Shown piece after piece: positions 32,707 through 39,901 of a stretch of DNA of 39,901 bases. Under the pieces are notes generated by a model. The model saw only the letters and a list, made by a program, of their open reading frames with translations. It made no database searches and was not told the DNA's origin. Position 1 is the first letter of the stretch, and the number at the start of each line of letters is the position of its first letter. Position numbers and translations under genes: made by a program. The stretch comes from Actinobacteria bacterium ADurb.Bin346 (GTDB lineage: Bacteria > Actinomycetota > Humimicrobiia > Humimicrobiales > Humimicrobiaceae): positions 1 through 39,901 of the forward strand of contig MWAX01000161.1 of the NCBI GenBank assembly GCA_002068775.1. Reading direction: 5' to 3'.

Positions 32707-33869
32707 AGCTCATCCCTTCCAAGGATATTTAAAACATTTATTTTTTCTTCAAAAGGCAAAGGCGACACAGGGTTTGAAAGAAGAAAACTGCCCTTTTGTA
32801 TCCATTCCTTTAATGTATTTGCAATCTCCAGTGCTCTGCCGTAACTGGAAAGCGAGCCCGTCGGAACTTTTTTGTTCTTTATTGTAATAAAGCCGCTTTT
32901 TAACTGGCCATAGCTTATCCTGCCATAGGATGGTTTGTTGCGTCTCTGGACAGAGTAGTCATAGATTTCAGTAAATAATTCATTATCTGAAACTTTAAGA
33001 TATTCTATCATCTCCTCATCAATAACAGGTATTGGTATGCCCACGCCGACATACAGAGTAATGCCATAACCGAAAAATGTTGCAGCCCTTAAATACCGTG
33101 AGGACATTTTTTTCAGGTCTCCAATGAGCGCAAGGGTAGATGCCGGTGAAAGAGGCGTCCCATTTGGATGCCTTTCCCTGTCAGGATTATTTTGCGTTCC
33201 CTGCCACGAAACATAACCCTGGGTGCCGCATAAGAATATTCTTGTTCCAACTCCCACAGTCCTTAGATAGGGGTCATTTAAAAGAGGGCTAAGCTGCCCT
33301 GCGCTTGAATATGTGACATTGCCTATATTCGGCAGCAATTTTCCCATGTAAGTATAAATACTTTTTGAAGATGAATTTGTAGCAGCAGCATAATTCTGAT
33401 AGACATTTCTCGGGTTGAAAAGATATGCCTGGTTGACGTTTTCAATTGTTATATATGTTTCGATTTCCCTGCGGGGATAACAATCTGTTCCATATGACGT
33501 TGCCCGTAACTTTATGGGTTTACTGTCAACAAGGTCCTGTATCACATAAGCGCCTCCATATTGCATATCTTCCAGCTCTGAGAGTTCAGTTGCTCCTATA
33601 TATGCATCAACTGCTGCAATACCCGCATAGGCAGGAACGTCATTGAGCCAGACTTTCTGCATTTTTATCGGAGGGTCAGAATGGCCGAAATTTATAAAAG
33701 CTCCGGATGAGCACATAGGGCCAAAAGTTGCAGTAGTGACGATATCGACTTTTTTTACAGTGTTTTTGATGCCATTTTCCGCTACATAACCTATTATTTC
33801 TTCAGCATTGAGCACCAGGGCTTTACCGCTTTTTATTTTTTCATTGATTTCTTCTACAGTTTTAGCCAT
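32703..33869 (-). CDS. COG1900/DUF39 homocysteine-biosynthesis protein (MA1821 / MJ0100 N-domain type)
   Basis: The 388-aa sequence reads ..KTVEEINEKIKSGKA.VL.AEE......VDIVTTATFG.MCSSGAFINFGH.DPPIKM.KVWLN.V.AY.G.AAVDAY.GAT......YGG..VI.DLV..K...L.A......YP.. It matches what I recall of DUF39 proteins, and the NIL-ferredoxin gene lies immediately downstream. Confidence 0.8.
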   Translation of the reverse strand: MAKTVEEINEKIKSGKALVLNAEEIIGYVAENGIKNTVKKVDIVTTATFGPMCSSGAFINFGHSDPPIKMQKVWLNDVPAYAGIAAVDAYIGATELSELEDMQYGGAYVIQDLVDSKPIKLRATSYGTDCYPRREIETYITIENVNQAYLFNPRNVYQNYAAATNSSSKSIYTYMGKLLPNIGNVTYSSAGQLSPLLNDPYLRTVGVGTRIFLCGTQGYVSWQGTQNNPDRERHPNGTPLSPASTLALIGDLKKMSSRYLRAATFFGYGITLYVGVGIPIPVIDEEMIEYLKVSDNELFTEIYDYSVQRRNKPSYGRISYGQLKSGFITIKNKKVPTGSLSSYGRALEIANTLKEWIQKGSFLLSNPVSPLPFEEKINVLNILGRDEL

Positions 33870-34073
33870 TTGTTTTATAATACTATTCTTTTGTTTTTTT
33901 TCAATAAAGTTTCAAATAAAGATATCTGGTCAATTTCAGGCTGCTGCCCTATAATTTATATTTATTCTTTAAAATGATATTTTCCGGCAGAAAAGACCGG
34001 GATCATTTATATTTATTTGAAAAGATTGTGAATATTTAGATTATGAATACTTACTGATAAGAGGAGAAAAAAC

Positions 34074-34283
34074 ATGTCAATGAATCCAAAAATAAAAAAT
34101 CCGCTCGTGCTTTCAATTGTTTCAACGGTGTTCCTTGTTCCGGTTCTTGTACTGACCCACTACCTTTTCAGGGAATCCTCTGTGAATGCCTGGTGGATCA
34201 TTTTAATAGTGGATGTCGCGATTTATTTTGTTCTTATTTTCCTGGTGTTTTTATATTATGGAAATATCGGAAAAAGAAAATAA
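34074..34283 (+). CDS. Small two-TM membrane protein (69 aa)
   Basis: There is a strong RBS (AAGAGGAGAA, 6 nt from the ATG) and two hydrophobic helices. I recognise no family. Confidence 0.55.
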   Translation: MSMNPKIKNPLVLSIVSTVFLVPVLVLTHYLFRESSVNAWWIILIVDVAIYFVLIFLVFLYYGNIGKRK

Positions 34284-35043
34284 TAAATTCCTGCGGCAAA
34301 CTGATAAAATACCCGGAAAACCATTTTTAAACCGGCAAATATACAGGCAGAACTTACGGCTCAGGCACAGATACTCATGGCAGATTTCTTACAGGTATAC
34401 TGAACTTTTTATAAGCAGCGACTCCAGCCTGGAAGACAGGATTAAAAGCCTGCTTGAAGAAATTTACAGCCAGCTGGACTATTGCATAGAATGCGATCCT
34501 TCTTTTGAAAAGAGCCTTTCACCGGTGCAGATCAAACCGTATTTTCCTGAGCCGATTAAAAACATGTGCAGGCTTTCAGCAATATTCAATGTCGGTCCGA
34601 TGGCTGCAGTGGCCGGTACTGTAAATGACTTTCTTGCATCAGGCCTTGAAAAATATTGTGAAAATGAGCTTTTTATAGAAAATGGAGGCGATCTTTATAT
34701 CAGGTCCGGCAGAAGCGTAAATATCGGAGTTTATGTAAAGAATGGATTTTTTAAGGATTCAATCACGCTGCAGGTAGAGCCAAAAGATATGCCCTGCGGG
34801 ATCTGCGCATCCTCAGGCACATTCGGACATTCACTGAGCTTTGGAAAATGCGATCTTGCAGTTGTGCTCTCAGACACATCCACCGGCTCAGACGCTGCTG
34901 CAACTGCAGTTGCCAACAGCATAAACAGCGCAGATGATGTTAAAAAAAGTTTAAATTACTTTAAAAAACTCAGCCCTGTTAAGGGTCTGCTTATTGTAAA
35001 GGAAGACAGAATAGGAATATGGGGAAAAATAAAGCTGGTTTAA
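34258..35043 (+). CDS. UPF0280 / COG2122 ApbE-like protein (MA1715-type sulfide-assimilation factor)
   Basis: ..IYRQNL......ISYRYTELFISSD......GPMAAVAGTVNDFLA......ENGGDLYI......GICASSGTFGHSLSFGK.D.AVVLS....GSDAAATAVAN fits the UPF0280 pattern (YR.., ETDL.I, GPMAAVAG, ENGGDI, SSG..GHS.S.G.ADA..V.. and ALADAAAT). The start is uncertain (34213 or 34258). Confidence 0.75.
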   Translation: MEISEKENNKFLRQTDKIPGKPFLNRQIYRQNLRLRHRYSWQISYRYTELFISSDSSLEDRIKSLLEEIYSQLDYCIECDPSFEKSLSPVQIKPYFPEPIKNMCRLSAIFNVGPMAAVAGTVNDFLASGLEKYCENELFIENGGDLYIRSGRSVNIGVYVKNGFFKDSITLQVEPKDMPCGICASSGTFGHSLSFGKCDLAVVLSDTSTGSDAAATAVANSINSADDVKKSLNYFKKLSPVKGLLIVKEDRIGIWGKIKLV

Positions 35044-36860
35044 AATCACCCGGGGAACGTTTTGGGACTTTGATCATAAACATAGCTGTTGTATTTCTTA
35101 TTCTGCCGTCATTATTAATCGTCCCGGGATGTTCTAGGCTTTTCCAGCCCATTTTCCAAAGCCTGCAGACAGAAGATTCTGCCCTGGAAGAGACCAATCA
35201 GGAAATTCTTTCTAAAAAGAAAGCTGATTACAGCCTGAAAGTCTATATTGACGGGTCTATTCCATTGCCTGCAGAATACAGAATAAAAGAACAGCTTGTT
35301 GAAAGCAGCAGTATATACAGGCAAACAGACGAAGCCTGCCAGGGTTTCAATGAGATCTTTGAAGAAGATATAGCTGACATATCATTTAAACTGTCTCTTT
35401 ACAGCGCTGATGCAAGCAATGTCAACGCAAAAGATAATTTGTTTGGAGCCTTTTACTACGCTCCTGTTGTTTATTTTTATTCACTTGTGGAAGATATCAC
35501 CTGGGAGCAGCTCTGCAGCCTTTGGGATGGCTCAGTTAATACCATAGCAGACATTGAAGGAAAGGAAATCAGTCCTGTGCTCGTGCTCACCGGTGAAACC
35601 AGAAACTTATTTACAAAACTGCTGGGAGAATGCAAAGCCCGTGATTTGAAAATTGTTGAAAAAAGCAAGCTAAGGCAGACGCTTGAAACCACTGAAAATG
35701 CGATTTCCATTGTTCCATTTGATAAGATAGACAAATCATTTAAAGTTGTTAAAATAAACGGGATTTCCGTTTTGGACAGCAATATAAGCAGCGCAGATTA
35801 TCCTCTTACTGCGGGACTCTCCGTAAAATTTCCGGCACAGCCTTTCAATGAGAGTCTTAAAAAAACGGTTCTGGACAGTTTTAAGGAGCCGGATTTAACA
35901 AACAGGGAGTCCGGTGATATTGTTACAATACTGATGACAGGAGTAACTGCTCTTACAAGGCAGGTCGCTGCAAAGATGGACCAGAATGGAATACTTTATC
36001 CGGCTGAAAAAATTATAGATATTTTACTGGATGCGGACATGACGCATATAAGCAATGAAGTGTCCTTTGTTGAAGATTGTTATGCAGCAAGACCAAATAC
36101 AATGGTTTTTTGCAGCAAGCCCGAGTATATGGAGCTCATCAAATATATTGATGCAGACGTCATCGAGCTTACCGGAAACCATCTTAATGACTATGGTTCA
36201 AAATGGCTGGAGTACACTCTTGACCTTTATGATAAAGAAAACCTGCCTTATTTTGGAGGTGGAAGGAACCTTTCTGATGCGCAGAAACCTGCTGAATTTA
36301 ATATAAAGGGATATAAATTTGCTTTTCTTGGAGCAAATTCTTTTGGTCCCTCATCTGACTGGGCGACTGCTGACAGTGCGGGCGCAGCCCCGATTAATAC
36401 ACTTGATGAAGAATCAAAAGAAAAAGATATGAAAAAATATGAGGAAATAGTCAGCTCCTTGAAAAGTCAGGGTTATATTGTAATATTTACATTCCAGTAT
36501 CAGGAGACTTATAATTATGCCCCTACAGCCCAGCAGGTGAAAGATTTTGAAAGGATGTCTGATGCAGGCGCAGTTATTGTCAGCGGAAGCCAGGCGCATC
36601 AGCCGCAGGGTTTTAAGATAAGGGATAACGGGTTCATTAATTATGGTCTTGGAAATCTTTTTTTTGGGCAAGCTCTGGGAATCGAAGTCAAGCAGGGCCT
36701 GATTGTAAAACATATTTTTTATAAAGGAAATCTTATAAATACAGTCCTGATAACCACGTTAATAGAAGATTTTTCGCAGCCAAGGCCCACAGAAGGCAAG
36801 GAGCGCGCAGATCTTTTAAAAGCTGTTTTTAAGGGGAGCATTGATAAAAATAAAGACTGA
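35019..36860 (+). CDS. Lipoprotein with C-terminal CapA/PGA_cap metallophosphatase-like domain and an N-terminal domain of unknown type
   Basis: It has a signal peptide with a lipobox (LLIVPGCS). The C-terminal ~300 aa read ..ILMTGVTALTRQVA......HISNEVSF......ELTGNHLNDYG......YFGGGRNL..A..P......F.GANSFGP......QYQE.Y...P......SGSQAHQPQG, the CapA-family layout. It overlaps the UPF0280 gene by 25 nt. Confidence 0.7.
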   Translation: MGKNKAGLKSPGERFGTLIINIAVVFLILPSLLIVPGCSRLFQPIFQSLQTEDSALEETNQEILSKKKADYSLKVYIDGSIPLPAEYRIKEQLVESSSIYRQTDEACQGFNEIFEEDIADISFKLSLYSADASNVNAKDNLFGAFYYAPVVYFYSLVEDITWEQLCSLWDGSVNTIADIEGKEISPVLVLTGETRNLFTKLLGECKARDLKIVEKSKLRQTLETTENAISIVPFDKIDKSFKVVKINGISVLDSNISSADYPLTAGLSVKFPAQPFNESLKKTVLDSFKEPDLTNRESGDIVTILMTGVTALTRQVAAKMDQNGILYPAEKIIDILLDADMTHISNEVSFVEDCYAARPNTMVFCSKPEYMELIKYIDADVIELTGNHLNDYGSKWLEYTLDLYDKENLPYFGGGRNLSDAQKPAEFNIKGYKFAFLGANSFGPSSDWATADSAGAAPINTLDEESKEKDMKKYEEIVSSLKSQGYIVIFTFQYQETYNYAPTAQQVKDFERMSDAGAVIVSGSQAHQPQGFKIRDNGFINYGLGNLFFGQALGIEVKQGLIVKHIFYKGNLINTVLITTLIEDFSQPRPTEGKERADLLKAVFKGSIDKNKD

Positions 36861-37133
36861 TTATAAGCATTGATTATAAGCATTCAGGCAAACTGCTGAA
36901 AAAATCTGATAGTTCTTTCAGTAAATGATGGTGATAACAAAGAAATATACTATGTGTTAAAAAACAGAAAATTGAGAGCAATGGGGATTTTTAACGGGGA
37001 TAATAAAGAGTATAATAAAGAAAACAGCGATGACGTCAGGCATAATCCAGGAAAAAGCGATGAAGGCAGCAACAATGCCGGCAAAAGCGATACTGCCAAA
37101 AACGGCAATAAAAGCAGAGAAGAAGGCAGGGAG

Positions 37134-37814
37134 ATGTCTTTTGTCGGCCATCTGGAAGAACTCAGGAAGAGAATAATCATTGTACTTGCAGTATTTGCTG
37201 TGGCATTTATTCCAGCGTATATTTATCATAATAAAATACTGCAGTTTCTTACAGCACCTCTTGCAAATAAAGAGCTCATATTTCTTGAAATAACGGAGCC
37301 CTTTCTTGTAAATGTGAAGCTTGCATTTTTTGCAGCGGCAGCCGTGGGTATTCCTGTGCTGGTCTATCAGATAGTTGTTTTTATAAAACCCGCACTTTCA
37401 GGCAGAATAAGAAAAAACCTTACAGTGCTGACGATAATATTTTTTGTGCTTTTTGCGGCAGGCATAGCATTCAGCTACAAACTTCTGATACCTGTTGCAG
37501 TAAAATGGCTGGTTGGGCAGGGCTCAAATCTTACACAGGCGCTTTCTGTAAATAAATATATAAGCTTTATAGGGTGGTTTTTGCTTGGCACGGGCATATT
37601 GTTTGAGATGCCGCTTATTTTGCTTTTTTTAATTAAAGCAGATATTATTACTGTCCAGCAATTAAGGAGACAGTGGAGAGTAGTATATATAGTGATACTT
37701 CTCCTTTGTGCAATAGTAACCCCTGACTGGAGCCCGGTTACAATGGGGGTGCTGGCAGTACCTATGATTCTGTTATATGAGGGTGGTCTTTTTATAGCAA
37801 AGTTTTTCAAGTAA
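37134..37814 (+). CDS. tatC: Twin-arginine translocase subunit TatC
   Basis: MSFVGHLEELRKRIIIVLAVF...LTAPL... is the canonical TatC N-terminus (..HL.ELR.R..), followed by 6 TM segments. The track ORF extends in frame to a GTG at 36954 through a low-complexity K/N/S/G stretch that I doubt is translated. Confidence 0.85.
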   Translation: MSFVGHLEELRKRIIIVLAVFAVAFIPAYIYHNKILQFLTAPLANKELIFLEITEPFLVNVKLAFFAAAAVGIPVLVYQIVVFIKPALSGRIRKNLTVLTIIFFVLFAAGIAFSYKLLIPVAVKWLVGQGSNLTQALSVNKYISFIGWFLLGTGILFEMPLILLFLIKADIITVQQLRRQWRVVYIVILLLCAIVTPDWSPVTMGVLAVPMILLYEGGLFIAKFFK

Positions 37815-37875
37815 AATATAGCAAGATTTTATTTTTTGATTTTTCGTTTACAGGAAAGAGGTGAATTTTTCAGAA

Positions 37876-38139
37876 ATGTTTGGTCTTGGATGGCAGGAAC
37901 TATTAATAATTTTAATAATTGCCCTGATAATTTTTGGCCCGAGGAAATTGCCGGAAATCGGCAAATCGCTTGGACAGGCAATAAATGATTTCAGGCAGAG
38001 CACTAAAAAAGCTACTGATGAAGCAAAAAAGGAAATAAAAGATATTGAAAACTCGATAAACAGCAGTATTGCAACTCCAGGCAGCAGCACTTTTGCTTCA
38101 AATGATTCAGAAAACGTTTTAAACAATGACTCCAAATAG
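37876..38139 (+). CDS. tatA: Twin-arginine translocase subunit TatA/E
   Basis: MFGLGWQELLIILIIALIIFGPRKLPEIGKSLGQAINDFRQ is the canonical TatA TM segment plus amphipathic helix (FG..KLPE.G...G). The track start at GTG 37861 adds 5 residues. Confidence 0.9.
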   Translation: MFGLGWQELLIILIIALIIFGPRKLPEIGKSLGQAINDFRQSTKKATDEAKKEIKDIENSINSSIATPGSSTFASNDSENVLNNDSK

Positions 38140-38151
38140 AAGCCAGATTTT

Positions 38152-39033
38152 ATGGAATTGCCTAATATTGCCATAGTAACAGACAGCGCATCTGATGTAT
38201 CAAAGGAATGTGCAGAAATAGACAACATTGTTATAGTTCCTTTGTATATTCATTATAATGGCCAGGAATTCAGGGATGGGATCGATATACAATCAGGGCG
38301 TATCTATTCGATGCAGAAAGAAAAAAAGGCAATATTCTATTCCTCTTCGCCTTCTCCAAAAGATTTTATCGATGTTTATGAAAAACTGTTGAGAACTTAT
38401 GACACAATAATCTCAATCCATATAAGTTCTAAATTGTCAGCAGTGATAAAATCTGCAAAAATTGCAGCCGATCTTTTAAAAGCGGAAGAAAGAATAATAA
38501 TCTTTGATTCATGTTCCGGGACAATGGGCACTGGCTTTATGGCAATTGCAGCAGCAAGGGCAGTTAAAAAATTTTTCAGTGTCCAGCAGATATTGAATAT
38601 ATTGCTCTTTCTTAAAGAAAATATGAAATTATACGGTACTATTGACACGTTAAGATATCTTAAAAGGAGCGGAAGGGTGCCGGCGATCGCCTGGCTTGCA
38701 ACATCAATATTAAGAATAAAACCATTGCTAAGCATTAAAAATGGTGTTGTTGAAATGATAGGCGCTACTATAACAAGATGGGCATCTCTTTCTGGAATAA
38801 CAAGGAGGGCAATACGTCATTTCAGGAAAGAACGCTGGGTACTGGCTGCAGTTGTTCATTCATTATCTGTTACAGAGGCAAAAAAGGTGATGAAGAGGTT
38901 GCAGATGGCATTAAATTGCGTTTCAACGGCTATTGTTGATTGCACCCCTGTTGTAGGCGCGCATACAGGACCGGGTTTAATTGGCATTATTATAACCAGA
39001 CTCGAAAGTCAGATTGTTGAACTTTTTATTTAA
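38152..39033 (+). CDS. DegV-family fatty-acid-binding protein
   Basis: ..IAIVTDSASDVSKE......V.PL.I......D......F.......P.SS.PSP.DF...YE......IISIHISS.LS......A......FDS.S.......A......GT.DTL.YL.RSGR is the DegV pattern. Confidence 0.85.
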   Translation: MELPNIAIVTDSASDVSKECAEIDNIVIVPLYIHYNGQEFRDGIDIQSGRIYSMQKEKKAIFYSSSPSPKDFIDVYEKLLRTYDTIISIHISSKLSAVIKSAKIAADLLKAEERIIIFDSCSGTMGTGFMAIAAARAVKKFFSVQQILNILLFLKENMKLYGTIDTLRYLKRSGRVPAIAWLATSILRIKPLLSIKNGVVEMIGATITRWASLSGITRRAIRHFRKERWVLAAVVHSLSVTEAKKVMKRLQMALNCVSTAIVDCTPVVGAHTGPGLIGIIITRLESQIVELFI

Positions 39034-39078
39034 GCTATTAATTTAAAGCTCTCTGCGCAAAGCAGCCTTTGTTTATCT

Positions 39079-39651
39079 TTATTTATCCTGGCTGGTTTTC
39101 TTTTCGCCAAATACATCAGCAGTAAATATGAAAATCTCAGAGTTTTTATCTTTATAACATCCACTGCGCAAACCAGCTTTACTGCAAGTATGCTCGATAA
39201 ATTCTTCCCGGCTCCAGTTGTATTCGATGGCAACCTGTGGCAGGAGCAAACCCTGGTAAAACCCCTGTTTAATGAATAAACCATGTTTGCCAACCTCTAT
39301 TTTATTAATATCTGTTATTTTCTCAAAAGGGGAAAGCACCGAGACCTCAATATCTATATCAGCAAATTCATCAGGTGAAACAGGCATGAATCTTGGATCA
39401 TGAACAGCAGCTTCAGCAGCCATTTTCCTCACAGTTTCCCATAATGGCATAATACCTATTATATTTCCTATACACCCCCGCAGGCTTCCTTTTTTATGTA
39501 TCGTTACAAATGCGCCGCATTTTTTTAGAAGCGCAGGGTCACTGACATTAAAAACTGGAACTTTTATATTTTTTATTACAGCTTCAATTGTTTTTCTTGC
39601 GATATCCAGCAATGTTTCTTTTTGCTTTTGGTTAAGTTTTAATTCGGGCAT
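39079..39651 (-). CDS. amrA: AMMECR1-domain protein (AmmeMemoRadiSam system protein A)
   Basis: ..GAFVTIHKKGSLRGCIGNI.....L.E.V...A..AA..DPRF.PV...E...I.IEVSVLS......G.HGL.I......GLLLPQVA.E..W..EEF......KAGL carries the LRGCIG signature of AMMECR1. Confidence 0.88.
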   Translation of the reverse strand: MPELKLNQKQKETLLDIARKTIEAVIKNIKVPVFNVSDPALLKKCGAFVTIHKKGSLRGCIGNIIGIMPLWETVRKMAAEAAVHDPRFMPVSPDEFADIDIEVSVLSPFEKITDINKIEVGKHGLFIKQGFYQGLLLPQVAIEYNWSREEFIEHTCSKAGLRSGCYKDKNSEIFIFTADVFGEKKTSQDK

Positions 39652-39809
39652 ATTGCTGCAACCCCTTTTTTATAATATTTTCATGTTATCAATTAACAGA
39701 GTATTTATAGAAAGACATTTATTTATCTGTAAAAACAAAACACATAATCAAAATATATGTTATATCAGAATATATAAATCAGGATATATCAATCGGCAAT
39801 TTCAAATTA

Positions 39810-39901
39810 TTACTGATTGTAGAAAACTGCAGAAAGATAGCCGACCACTGCACCTCTGTCTCCGCTCGTGTCGCCGGAATTGCCATAACAAAGAATCTTT
39901 G
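39810..39901 (-). CDS. amrB: C-terminal end of a Memo-like protein (AmmeMemoRadiSam system protein B); 5' part outside the window
   Basis: My own minus-strand translation reads ..KILCYGNSGDTSGDRGAVVGYLSAVFYNQ* (stop at rc 39810-39812). It matches the Memo-family C-terminus (..Y.NSGD..GD....VVGY.S..F). It lies upstream of amrA on the same strand. Confidence 0.7.
   Translation of the reverse strand, partial: KILCYGNSGDTSGDRGAVVGYLSAVFYNQ

Noticed and set aside
33870-34073. Looked for a SAM riboswitch, T-box or other Met/Cys-responsive leader upstream of the COG1900 operon and the divergent UPF0280 operon
   Set aside because: Neither strand shows the conserved SAM-I cores (GAGGGA...GCAACC...) or a T-box sequence. 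Only AT-rich promoter-like sequence and a weak CCGG...CCGG hairpin are present.
36954-37133. A 60-aa N-terminal extension of TatC (MLKNRKLRAMGIFNGDNKEYNKENSDDVRHNPGKSDEGSNNAGKSDTAKNGNKSREEGRE) implied by the ORF track
   Set aside because: The stretch is low-complexity Lys/Asn/Ser/Gly sequence with an internal GKSD duplication. The canonical TatC N-terminus (MSFVGHLEELRKR) starts at the ATG at 37134. The extension is most likely untranslated leader that happens to be in frame.
37848-38228. A 126-aa minus-strand ORF covering tatA
   Set aside because: It is antisense to a textbook TatA gene and bridges into degV. It has no RBS or motif.
1-39901. Scan for tRNA/rRNA genes, CRISPR arrays, transposases, integrases, toxin-antitoxin pairs or defence-system hallmarks (nucleases, ATPases, reverse transcriptases)
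   Set aside because: I recognised none. There are no T-loop/acceptor-like conserved tRNA blocks and no regularly spaced repeats with 3 or more units of 25-40 nt. No protein has the DDE, tyrosine-recombinase, PD-(D/E)xK or Walker-A-rich architecture typical of defence islands.

Overview
The window is about 40 kb of low-GC chromosome, by gene content from an anaerobic and probably uncultivated (MAG-like) bacterium. It is densely coding, with about 50 genes. I found no rRNA, tRNA, CRISPR array, transposase or integrase.

Gene content in order:
- **1-1440:** the 5' part of an M-PPase gene (hppA) and a DUF2905 gene. This block is visibly more AT-rich and ends at an abrupt breakpoint near 1420-1445, where it abuts an N-terminally truncated PHP-phosphoesterase gene.
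- **1883-5448:** small membrane proteins (DUF4190, DUF2085), larC and an AI-2E transporter.
- **5641-12073:** a co-directional, partly overlapping eight-gene cluster encoding a very divergent complex-I-like module (NuoA?-B-CD-H-I-J-K plus one antiporter-like subunit).
- **12164-15584:** a DUF1287 protein, a variant family-4-like UDG, a coiled-coil/3D-domain wall protein and an orphan corrinoid protein.
- **15719-19662:** a ribD-ribE-ribBA-ribH operon behind an FMN riboswitch.
- **19701-31769:** a duplicated promoter-bearing repeat upstream of rpe, then flavin reductase, ferredoxin, a PAS-GGDEF-HD-GYP protein, malic enzyme, bactofilin, Fe-ADH, an orphan SBP, a heme-O-synthase-like prenyltransferase, Mpg glycosylase, a frameshift-split TPR membrane protein and a GNAT.
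- **32041-36860:** an unlisted rubredoxin and the sulfide-dependent homocysteine/sulfur-assimilation trio (NIL-ferredoxin, COG1900/DUF39, COG2122/UPF0280) with a CapA-like lipoprotein.
- **37134-39901:** tatC-tatA, DegV and the amrA/amrB part of an AmmeMemoRadiSam system.

The best candidate for an undescribed system is the minimal, degenerate complex-I-like cluster. It has no NuoEFG input module and no NiFe cysteines. The canonical membrane-arm charged residues appear to be replaced.

All calls rest on reading translations by eye against remembered family motifs. No database search was possible.
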